64,000 nt of DNA from Schizosaccharomyces osmophilus (taxonomy: Eukaryota), in NCBI RefSeq assembly GCF_027921745.1, contig NC_079238.1:2542001-2606000 (forward strand). The letters run 5' to 3'. This document shows positions 38,385 through 48,528 of this stretch, one piece after another. The translations under genes were made by a program, and so were the position numbers. The stretch's first letter is position 1. Each line of letters starts with the position of its first letter. The notes beneath the pieces were generated by a model. That model was not told the origin of the DNA and searched no databases. It saw only the letters and a program-made list of their open reading frames with translations.

Positions 38385-38972
38385 GTAAACAAATGCCATT
38401 TTATTGCTCTTAGATAGATTTGATGAAGGCTTTCTTGCTGAAAAGAAACGGTTTTTTATTTATTCCAATTTTTTTTCTTTTTTTTTTTTGCAGTAGAACG
38501 GAAATAATATTCTAGTTTTTGCAATTTGACCGGCTGTTTTTCATGATTTATTTGAAACCTTCTATTTATATCTCTTCGAACGAGCAGGATGTATGTACAG
38601 TTCTATACAGTCGTCGACACAAAGCAAAGGAAAAAGAACTTTGATTTTGTTTACTTTGCTATATTCGACGCAGTCCAATAAATGGTAATATTTTCGTAAG
38701 ATTCTTTCTTCATTTCTTTCAACAAATGTTTCTGTTTATTATGTAAATAAAGCGCTTTTTAAAGGGAAGATTCTTACGTCACGAGTAATGATGATGCCAA
38801 AGGGGTGCTTATTATCCATTGATATGTATCTTGTGGAGAAATCTATGAGTAACTAGTCGGTAAGACAAAAACAAGCTTACAAAATGCGGAGAAACAGCCA
38901 ATGAGTTTGTTTTTGGAAGTGCTCATCCCTTGATCCATTTGTTTACTTCGTCCCAGGTGCCGCATGTAAACA
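38385..38972. promoter_or_regulatory. Cluster of forkhead/Mei4 FLEX cores plus a CRE site
   Basis: GTAAACA 38385, TGTTTAC 38648, GTAAATA 38743, TGTTTAC 38940, GTAAACA 38966; TTACGTCA (CRE) 38774-38781. Confidence 0.6.
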
Positions 38973-39133
38973 AAAGATTGTGCTTGAGCAATCATCAAAT
39001 GACAGCTCAGGCTAAGGTCATTGCTTTCATTATTTCTTTGAAAGAGATAAATAGCGGCAAATGGTTCGTATTTCTTCTAATTTCCAATCGGTGTTGATAT
39101 CTTTCAGTTCACTCTCTATTCGAAATCACCCTC

Positions 39134-40234
39134 ATGTTTTTCAATATGCCTCAAGAGAACAGCTTCAGATCTGTAAACACCATTTTTATAAAATCCTTTT
39201 CGCCAATTTTTTCTAAGTCCCATCCTCAACCTATCAGTCAAAGAATAAATTCATGGAGAGGTTCTTTCCATGTCGCTAGAAATCCATATTCGTCTTCCCT
39301 CTTTACCGTTTGCTATCCACGAAAGTTCAATCAATCCTCCCAATCTTTTTTAGTTCCATCCAGTTTTATTGGGCCGTCAAGTATCTTTTGGATTGCACTT
39401 TGGAAGGCCCAAATAACCGCAAAAGATTCTTCCTGTCTTTTTCGAAACCGTCTTTTAAAGGATCTAATTTTTCTTCAAATTTTGAATGAAATAAATATAA
39501 AAACCCAAAGTAGAAACCCTTTCTTTGATTCGCCTCGATCAACGTCTGCTGTGGGGAAGCGCGAAGTCACTTTCGAAAACACCCAACTTGAAGACTTGAA
39601 ACGCTTTTCGAAACCTTGCTCTGGCTCTGTAAATAGCAGAGCTCTTGTCAAAGTTCCAAATAAATTAGCGGCTCTCAAACCTGTTCTATCATCACTAGAA
39701 ATCCCACACAAATCTGCAGTTATGGCAAATTCTCTCGATTCTTCTTCATTCTCTTATAACCAACAAACTATCTTATTCAACAAAGAATTGCTAACGTCAT
39801 CCTACGTATCACTCTGGCTTGCTGATTTTGCTTCATTCACCCAACAATCCCAACATGTTTTGAATTACGACATAAGCATCTCGAAAACTATACAAGGAAA
39901 AAACCCTTCGCCAATTTACCCAAAAAAACAGACTTATCAAAAGTCGTCACATTCCTTCTTTCCTATCCCAAAGAACTCGTACTATATTAGTCTTCTGCTC
40001 ACATTTTTGCTTTACTTCCAAGTTGCCGTATACTCATTAAAGGATTTCATGGGATTCTCCTTTAATTCTCTCCCAGGATACATCTTTAACGTCTTTTATT
40101 CCACATGCGAAGAACAGTTTAGCCAGTTGGCACTGTATATTCAGCACTACCTGCATTTTCTCACCTTAAACAATCAATTAAAGGATTGTTGCTTCCTACA
40201 AGTATCGTCGCTCAATTCGATCAAAGCTTTCTAA
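39134..40234 (+). CDS. Orphan 366-aa protein, Ser/Phe-rich, one C-terminal hydrophobic segment
   Basis: Uninterrupted 1101-nt ATG-initiated ORF in AT-rich DNA, with no long ORF on the opposite strand; no recognisable domain. Confidence 0.6.
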   Translation: MFFNMPQENSFRSVNTIFIKSFSPIFSKSHPQPISQRINSWRGSFHVARNPYSSSLFTVCYPRKFNQSSQSFLVPSSFIGPSSIFWIALWKAQITAKDSSCLFRNRLLKDLIFLQILNEINIKTQSRNPFFDSPRSTSAVGKREVTFENTQLEDLKRFSKPCSGSVNSRALVKVPNKLAALKPVLSSLEIPHKSAVMANSLDSSSFSYNQQTILFNKELLTSSYVSLWLADFASFTQQSQHVLNYDISISKTIQGKNPSPIYPKKQTYQKSSHSFFPIPKNSYYISLLLTFLLYFQVAVYSLKDFMGFSFNSLPGYIFNVFYSTCEEQFSQLALYIQHYLHFLTLNNQLKDCCFLQVSSLNSIKAF

Positions 40235-40478
40235 TCAATCAATCAAAAAAAAAAATAATTATACATAGCAGCTTGTTTTTATATTTTTCTTTTTCTAATT
40301 TTAAAAACCTGAACAAAAACATAATTTAAATAACGTAAACACAAGTGGGCTTCGGCTACAATATTAGCTTCAAAGGCATAGTTTTTAGCGAACAGGTTGT
40401 AGCAGAAATGAAAAAGATTAAAGTACTGAAAACAAAACATCGCAAAAAACTATATGTGATACTTGGATAGTTGTCTCT

Positions 40479-40602
40479 GTCTACGGCCACACCTAGGCGA
40501 AAACACCAGTTCCCGTCCGATCACTGCAGTTAAGCATCTGAGGGTCTTGTTAGTTCAATACTGTGGTTGGAGACAACATGGGAATCCGGGATGCTGTAGG
40601 CT
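40479..40602 (+). rRNA. 5S rRNA gene, variant copy (124 nt, 5-nt insertion), possibly a pseudogene
   Basis: GTCTACGGCC...GATCACTGCAGTTAAGC...TGGGAATCCGGGATGCTGTAGGCT matches fission-yeast 5S; TATA-like element at 40451. Confidence 0.93.
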
Positions 40603-40609
40603 CTCTCAC

Positions 40610-40615
40610 TTTTTT
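40610..40615 (+). terminator. Pol III T6 terminator of the 5S gene
   Basis: TTTTTT begins 8 nt after the 5S 3' end. Confidence 0.8.
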
Positions 40616-40923
40616 GTCTATTTCTATTTTTTTCTACTATTTGTATTGTCGAAGGTTTGTTTACATGTTACGCTTCCTAGAGAAAATAGTAATTGATTGA
40701 TCGGGAAACGAAAGTATTTATGAAAGTACTTGAAAGAATGCAAAATAACAAAATGAAAGCAGGGTGAAGGAAAGAAAACGTTTATAATAAAAAATAAAAC
40801 ACAGAAATCAGGAAAACAGGAAAACAAATAATGCAAAAAAGAATCATAAAACATCATAAACGAAAACATGATTACCATAAATAAGAATAAAACGACAGAA
40901 AAAAAAGGAGGTATCTTTCTTTC

Positions 40924-42147
40924 TTAAGTACACAGGTAGCCGTGAAATTTGCTAATATTATCAGAGCATCCGATAGGCTTGGTTAGATGAAAAAGAGGCT
41001 GCATGTGGGCGCTCTGTTTGATTTGCCTGAATCGCTGCTGTTTACAAATATCGAGATCAAACCTTAGTTCCTTGAGCCATTCAGTCATTTTTAACCGATG
41101 GGTACTTTTTTGGAATAAAAGGGAATCATTGGGGTGGTATATGAATACGCAATCAACAAAACCGTCTTGTGCTGCTCCAGGAATGATTGAATTTATGTAA
41201 TAGTGAATAGGGAAAGCCTTGGCGTTGCTTCCCAAGGACAGAATAAAAAAGAGCCAGCCGAGATTTTCTTTCGAAACCACTGTATCAGGAAAAAGCTCCT
41301 TGCACATTTGCTCACTCTTTATTATATTTTGTTCTAACTCGCTACCAAGTTGCATATAACACAGAAATCGCTTGTTACAAATCGCTGCCCAGTCGAACTG
41401 ATTTTGAAAACAGTAAACATCCCTAGGCCTTATGAGATACATGCGAATGTTTCCAATTTTTCTCTGAGCACAATGATACTGAAACGTGGAATAATGGCCA
41501 TTTTTCACCTCTCGGGATATGTAAACAAGCATAGCTCGCCAAATGGAATCCTGGACTTCTTTCGGGTAATAGTCATATAAGAATACATGTCGGATTAAGA
41601 TGGGTATCGTAAAGTTACCTGTTGCAAAATGCATACAAAGACTTAATCCATCCGATCTGTACTTTTTAAAAAAAATATCCATGCGTTTTTGGACAGTAAA
41701 TTCGTCATCGTAATATTCGTAAACACTTTCTTCTAGTGGAATCTCTTGAAATACAACTTCTCTTGAGCATTTTAAATACAGTCGATTTTTCTGTCTCATA
41801 ATCGTGCATGCTACTCCATTCAAAAATGGGGTTTTGGTTGGTAAATTGTCATTTTCAGACGCTTGACCTTCCTTCATGATAGGAAGAAAATCATCGTTTG
41901 GAAATACTTCTTGACCAAATTTTGACAGAACCAATTGGTCCGGTACTTGTATTTCTACGCCTTGTACGAGTTTTCCAGGATTCGACAAGTTCGGTTTCGG
42001 AGTACTTTCATTCGGGGTAGAAACCAACTGTTGGATAGCTTTTGTTGTTTTCTTAAAGAAGGAATTGCCTTGTTTCTCATCCAGGTACTCCAACATAGGA
42101 TCCGAAAATAACTGGGTTTTCCTGCTCGACATTTTCAATTGTTGCAT
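40924..42147 (-). CDS. Probable Schizosaccharomyces-specific UPF0300 (Meu27/Mug131-133-like) family protein
   Basis: 407-aa intronless ORF; the segment FLYDYYPKEVQDSIWRAM...AQRKIGNIRMYLI resembles the UPF0300 core as I recall it (family call unverified); TATATATA about 45 nt upstream. Confidence 0.65.
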   Translation of the reverse strand: MQQLKMSSRKTQLFSDPMLEYLDEKQGNSFFKKTTKAIQQLVSTPNESTPKPNLSNPGKLVQGVEIQVPDQLVLSKFGQEVFPNDDFLPIMKEGQASENDNLPTKTPFLNGVACTIMRQKNRLYLKCSREVVFQEIPLEESVYEYYDDEFTVQKRMDIFFKKYRSDGLSLCMHFATGNFTIPILIRHVFLYDYYPKEVQDSIWRAMLVYISREVKNGHYSTFQYHCAQRKIGNIRMYLIRPRDVYCFQNQFDWAAICNKRFLCYMQLGSELEQNIIKSEQMCKELFPDTVVSKENLGWLFFILSLGSNAKAFPIHYYINSIIPGAAQDGFVDCVFIYHPNDSLLFQKSTHRLKMTEWLKELRFDLDICKQQRFRQIKQSAHMQPLFHLTKPIGCSDNISKFHGYLCT

Positions 42148-42781
42148 GAGACCATTTGAACTTCTTTGTACAAGAAGGGACTTTTGCTTCTATATATATT
42201 TTCGCATAGGCTAAAAACGATGCCTCGCCACAATTATGGTTCGACAAACTTCAACTTCTAAACAAGCCTTCGAGCAAGCCACAATTTCCCGAAGTTTAAT
42301 GACTATACAGATAACCTCACTACATCCGCCTTCATGATGTACTTCTTTTCATGCCCTCTCATCTGAATTCTTCGACACTGGTATAAGCCACTATTGTATA
42401 TTTTTGCTCATCGTCACTTAGTAGCTTTGAGTTGTTGTCATCTGTTGCGAAATGCAATTTCAAGAAGAATCGTAAAAGGATATGAAAGGAATTCCTCGTA
42501 TAATTTTATTCAAGGTGCAAAAGTCTGCCATAGTGTTTTTCCTTATGTTTGGATTTCACTTCCTTCAAAAAGTGTTCCTTTTACAATTTAAATGATATCA
42601 ATTTAAGCGGACATTCAGAGAACAACACAAAGCCAAAAGGAAATACGTTTTGGTGGCTTTTGCTTTCAACAGTTGGTAAACATAAAAGCATAGAGCGTTG
42701 GGAATAGAATCGTTTTTGAGTCAAGAGGTAGAAACAAAGAAAAATTCTTTGCTATACCGTGCATGAAACCACGCGTTGATC

Positions 42782-44912
42782 ATGTGGATTTTGTCTAGCA
42801 GCGAAGGGAAATTGAAAGGTATTTCTTGTTCTATACGTTAAGATAATTTGAGTCTTTCTTATTAACGCTTGCAAGAAACCCCGAAAGCTCTTATTCCTGG
42901 AGCCTACATTCTTGGGCGGAGTGTGAGAGGTAATGAATACATCGGAAGTAAAAAAGAAACTTTTATTAACTTAGAGCATTAGATGACTCCTCAAATATTC
43001 AAATTGTTTCAAAATCTGTTAGCAAAAAGCACGTTCAAATTACAGTCTCTCCACCGAAAGCAACTTCTCATGTATGGTCTTTGAAATGAAAGATTTCCTT
43101 TATGAGGCTTTGTCTAATCCATAGAGAAATGAAAATCCGTGTGGAATCGACATTCAAGACTTAGATACCAAATTCGGGACGGCAGTCAATAACGAGCGTA
43201 TCCATGCCAAACAAAGTTATGAGAAAAACGTCTCGCTCCAACTATCATTAGGGAAATGTCCGCTCAAACTTTAGTAAGTGGCGTAGGTTTCTCTTTTAAC
43301 TAACCCAAAACTAGTCTTCAATGGATCAACCTTTCTATTGCTTTCGATGATCAAGAGACTAAGGCCCGCTGGTCGACACCTTTATTACTTACCGGTACGA
43401 TTTTCCAAATCAAATGAATAAACCTAACATATAGGAATCCCCAATTCAGTGCATCTGAATCACTCTACTACACATTTTGTTCCCGGGAAAGGTCCTTTAC
43501 TTTCTGTGAAAACAGCGTTGGCTTTTTTGAAGGATATAATAATTGTACAGGAATCGTTTGTAGAGGCTTTGGTTCAAGAAAAAGATAATTATTCAAAAAA
43601 TATCCACCTCATCCCTAAAGATAGCTCATACCTTTTTACAGGGAAGAACCATCATGAGCTTTTCTCAAAATCTCCAGGAATTTTTAGGAACATGTTGAAA
43701 GGACTCAAATGCTGTTGCATTGATTTGGATGCAGAACTTCCCGAGTTCCTATCCCTTCTTGGTTTGGATGTTCATAGGCATCATACAGACGATGTACAAT
43801 TTTTGACAACTTACTACACTGAACGAGACCTTGATTTTATGATCCTTGTAAAACAAAAGACTACGTCTAGCATTCTTTTAGAAGAAAATGTTTTTTGTCT
43901 CACTTTTAGCGAGCTGTGGAATATCCTAAAGGAAAGCAACCCAAAAGAACTGCTGCGAGCAAAACGAACGAGTCATAAAAAGTCAAAACCCAATGCGACT
44001 TCAATTCCAGTTCCAAATACATCATCAGGAAATGTACTGGACGACTTGTTTAGTAACTTTAAACCCGTTCCCCGGTCTCCAAGGAGCAAAAGAACTCTTA
44101 AGCCGGAAGAAATGCCAGATGTATCGAAACAAACGCCTTCGAATAGCCCTCTCAAAAAAAAAGTCCGAGACACTGTAGAAGCGACAAAGAAGCCCAATGT
44201 TACATCTGACACTTCGTCTTCATATGTTTCTTCAAAAGCTAAAAAGCTGTTCCATGAGAATTTCCCTGAACATGAAAATTCATCAAAAAAAGCAGTTAAA
44301 AAGAATACAAATGACAGCAAAAAATTGGGTTCTTCTCATTTTGCTCCTCTCCCATTGTCTACTGCCGGGGAAGAAAATCCACTTCATGGAAAAATTAAAG
44401 AAGAAAGAGACACAAGTCCATTGACTTTGAAGGGAGAACAAACCAAACCTCCAGATGCTCCATCTCCTGAAGAAAACCTGCCAAGAAATCTTGGTTCAGT
44501 GGAATTCATATCTATCCAGGTGTCCAAAAACAATGGAACAAATGAACCCGAAAACCCAAAATATCAAGGAAGGCCAAACTTTAAAAAGTTTCGAAAGGTG
44601 AGTTCCAAATGTAAGTTGACTACTAACTAGTAATAGCAAGGTAGTAAAGTGCATGTAGCACCGCCTGTGTTTATAACACTTTCAGAATCCCGAAATGAAC
44701 GGGACGACGAAGTCATAGACATTGATACAGACCCAGCTCCTCAATTGATGAAAAAAACCGACACAAGCACGCGTTCTGTGCCTTCGCCAAAGCCGGTTTC
44801 TCAACGACTCACTATGGACATGGACAAGGATGAACAAAATGTTGCGGATGATATTTTCAATGATGATAATGAAGAAGATGACGAGTTTGGAGACTTGAAA
44901 TTTCGATTTTAG
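42782..44912 (+). CDS. nbs1: MRN complex subunit Nbs1, multi-intron
   Basis: MWIL start; FHA motifs spread over exons (LGR, SVSKKH, DLDTKFGT); Mre11-binding NFKKFRK; acidic Tel1-binding end DEFGDLKFRF. Confidence 0.93.
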
Positions 44913-45198
44913 CATATATCGGTCCCTCAAGAATGAACTTTAGGCGTAAAGTGAACTTGATTTAATAATACAAATGATTGCTAATAGTTCCTTCTCTAAC
45001 AAATAAATATGTATTGAGGTTGATGATACATTTTCTCGTAGCTACAAATAGTAAAATCAGAGGAAGAAATGCATTTCATTTCTTAATATTTATTTATTGC
45101 TTTCTTCCAACTTAGGAAACCCTCTAAAAATTTAAAAAGAGCTTTGTTTCTTGAAAATGATATTTAGTTAGTGTATAAATATAGCCTTTACCACTATC

Positions 45199-45544
45199 AT
45201 GACGGCTGAAAGAATCAGTGAACAACTTCATGAAAACGGAGACTATGAAAGGTAGAATAAACACATTTTTTTCTTGACACTTGAAAACTAACTCAAACAG
45301 ACTGGCTAATGAGCTAGAATACAAATTGGAGACTTGTGGATGGGCGTCGCAGTTGCGAGATTACACAAGAGGTATTGCGCGAGGAAATACAGGCATTGAC
45401 TTTAAAAATTTGTATGAAATTACTCTAAATACCGCAACCGAAAGTATACCCGATACAGTAAAAATGGGAATGATTAAAGACATCAAGTCTAGTGTTTTAA
45501 AATTGGCATCTCCAAATGAAGCTACGGAAAATCAAAAAACATAA
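45199..45544 (+). CDS. sus1: SAGA DUB / TREX-2 subunit Sus1 (ENY2), intron 45252-45300
   Basis: LHENGDYER|LANELEYKLETCGW...ATESIPDTVK; CTAAC branch and CAG acceptor. Confidence 0.9.
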
Positions 45545-46684
45545 GCCATTATAATGTATATTGAAATATAATGGTCAACGTCAAATTTTTCTGGACACCG
45601 TGTGCCGTCGTTTTGGAACGGAATATGATATTTTGATCACAAAAGATCCACGTTGAAACGAATGTTATGAATACATGTGAAAATCGAATGTTTAAGAATC
45701 ATCAAAGGACTTAATTTATAGTCATGGTAACTGTTTGTTAGATCAATGATTCCTGACTCGAGATTATAGTACTTTGTCAAAAGTGTGAGATCGCATTCTC
45801 TATAACGGAATTGAAGCTAGTTTCAAGAAAGCCTCAAGTCCATCTTGATACTTTTATACTTGCGGTTTTCTTTTTCTTTGACATGAATAACAAGACACAT
45901 TTTTAATTGTCAACCTGACTTTAGGAAGCCTATGTCATTTTCTTTGAAAACTAAACTAAGTTTTCAAAATATGGTTCGAATTGTACTTCATAATAGGATA
46001 TGAGCATGATGAAACCAGTTTTACTGAGCATGAAATCGACACCTTCAATGTTCAGCTGTCTACAGAACAGCAAGGTTTTCAATTATATTTTTTATTTCTT
46101 TTTCATTTATTTAATTTTTATTCAAAGTTTTGCCTACGACTATATTACTTTCCTATTTATCGAGTTTACTATAACCCAGGAATTGTTGAGGATTCCCCAT
46201 TGGCAAGATGAACAAAATACCAGGAATGAAATTGGTGTACAAAATTTGTAGAGCTCGATATAGAAAGCCAAATATCGACATTCTTTCCATACTCTACATT
46301 CGTGTTTGTCACAAATATCCACCGCAAATTCGAGGGTGCCAGAATTCTCGACAGTGCATACAGTATTCCCATAAAGATTTTTGCTTACCTTTTAAGAAAA
46401 TAAAATCAAAAAAATACAGGTATATATCTTTCGTTTATAACCCTAGGTGGTCTAATTTTAGTATATAGAATACGACTTTTAGTATATGACGGATATTGTA
46501 TTAAAATTCTTGCAATTCTTTAAAAGAAAATATTCTTTCATAATATTTTTTTAGAAATATATTCTTCAAGGTGGGATGCTTTTTGCATATGCAGTCAAAC
46601 ATATGATATATCAGCGAAATTTTAACCGAAACACAATTGAACCAAAACAAACCAGGACAACAAACAAAAAGCCTAGAAGAAGGG

Positions 46685-48229
46685 ATGGTGGACAGTCAAA
46701 ACCCTACAATGCTGGAAAGATTTTCTCCACATGCTTTGGATATAGAAGAAGCGAATCGACTTGGAGAGGAATACAAAAATAACGGACCCTACAATCATGC
46801 TGTGATTCAGCCAGTAATCAATGATACTTTATTAAGAAATGTTCGTAAAGAACTTATGAACAATATTCATTATACAGAAAAGGTCACGGATATCTATCGT
46901 GTATGGCAAACAGGAGATCTAGCCAACTTGGACGGCCTTGACGAAAATGAGAAAGACATGCTCAAATATTTACATCAACTTCGTGATGCTCTTTATTCGG
47001 AGGAATTTCGCGGGCACATCCAGAGAATTACTGGATGCGGTCCTTTGTCTGCCAGTAAGAAGGATTTGTCTGTAAATGTATATGCCAAGGGTGGTCATCT
47101 TATGAACCATGATGATGTTATTGGAACTCGCTGTATCTCCTACATCCTATATTTAGTTGAACCAGATGAAGGCTGGAAGTCAGAGTATGGTGGCGCTCTT
47201 CGCTTATATCCCACTTTGCAACCCTCATTCCCTGCTGCTGATCACTGTAAACGCATACCTCCTCAATGGAACCAACTCTCTTTCTTCCGCGTGAAGCCAG
47301 GTCACTCGTTCCATGATGTGGAGGAAGTCTTCGTTGATAAACCACGTATGGCTATTTCTGGTTGGTTTCATTATCCCCAACCCGGTGAGTTTGGCTATAA
47401 TCCCCAAAACGTTGATAACGCCATTTCTACCTTACAATCACTGAATATGAAGATGGATTTGGAATTGCCTAAAATTTCGAAATTTCCAGTGGTGAAACCC
47501 GAAATATTGTCTCAGGAAGACACCAAAGTCCTTTCAAAGTACCTTAACCCTTTGTATACTACAGCTGAAGGTATTGACATGCTTTCTAAACGCTTTTTTA
47601 AAGACTCTGCTATTGTGCTTGTCGAATTCTTGAATCCCGAATACTCAAAGCAGTTGTTGAAGCTTATCGTCAATGCCGAGAAACAGCCTACTCCTACCCA
47701 TTCTTCTGAAGTTTCCTATCCTTGGAAGACTGCTATTCCTCCTCATAAACACCGTTATCTTTATCTAGACCACGAAGAGCAAGGTCCCGATGTTTTGCTT
47801 CCTATGGATTTGCAACGTCTTCCTGCCTTCCAGCGCTGGGTTCAATTAGTAAGTGGCCTTCCGTTGGAATCTTTCTACCAAATTGGCCGTCGATTCCGTC
47901 CTAGTTCCGACTTTACCTTAGCTTCAACCAATGAAACACCAACTCTCGAAGCTACTTTATGCCTGTCTCCTGGTACAGATATTGCTAATACAGAGAACGG
48001 TGCTTACAGTGTGTATATGATTGGTGACGAAGATCCTGATGCTGATGCCGCTGTTTACAAAGGTGATCAACAGGATGATAGTATCTTACTTTCACTTCCC
48101 GCTGCTTGGAATGTTTTCTCTTTGGTTTATAGAGATGAAGGTGTTCTTGAGTTTGTGAAATATGTTGCTCATACTGCCGGCTCAAGCCGTTGGGACATAT
48201 TCTCCCAATGGAACCCTATTCCTGAGTAA
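46685..48229 (+). CDS. ofd1: 2-oxoglutarate/Fe(II) prolyl hydroxylase Ofd1/Tpa1
   Basis: [44 protein letters not shown]; Ofd1 C-terminal domain. Confidence 0.95.
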   Translation: MVDSQNPTMLERFSPHALDIEEANRLGEEYKNNGPYNHAVIQPVINDTLLRNVRKELMNNIHYTEKVTDIYRVWQTGDLANLDGLDENEKDMLKYLHQLRDALYSEEFRGHIQRITGCGPLSASKKDLSVNVYAKGGHLMNHDDVIGTRCISYILYLVEPDEGWKSEYGGALRLYPTLQPSFPAADHCKRIPPQWNQLSFFRVKPGHSFHDVEEVFVDKPRMAISGWFHYPQPGEFGYNPQNVDNAISTLQSLNMKMDLELPKISKFPVVKPEILSQEDTKVLSKYLNPLYTTAEGIDMLSKRFFKDSAIVLVEFLNPEYSKQLLKLIVNAEKQPTPTHSSEVSYPWKTAIPPHKHRYLYLDHEEQGPDVLLPMDLQRLPAFQRWVQLVSGLPLESFYQIGRRFRPSSDFTLASTNETPTLEATLCLSPGTDIANTENGAYSVYMIGDEDPDADAAVYKGDQQDDSILLSLPAAWNVFSLVYRDEGVLEFVKYVAHTAGSSRWDIFSQWNPIPE

Positions 48230-48528
48230 AAACATAAAAAATAATTTGTAGAAAAATTTTTGGGTTTCTTTGTTGTGTTTTGTCATAGAAACAAGCTTTG
48301 TTAAAATATAATTTACTACAGGCTTTTAGAAATAATAGATGATTTTGTTCACATAATTCGAATTTACAATCTGATGAATTTGAACAATCAAATTTTGGTT
48401 TTCTCATTTGAAAACTGGGTTTTTCTAGGACTTGGAGCTTTCAAAATAGAAAACTTCACTTTGCATTCATTACTTTCTATATTCTTCAAATGTCATAACC
48501 TAACCAAATTAATATACACAGTAACGTG

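Noticed and set aside
40463..40878. Small ORFs over and after the 5S gene
   Set aside because: Chance ORFs from the rRNA sequence and a T-rich 3' UTR.
38200..42700. wtf gene, LTR or transposon in the 5S island
   Set aside because: No multi-exon wtf-like TM ORF, no second 5S copy, no TG...CA LTR pair and no RT or integrase motifs seen.
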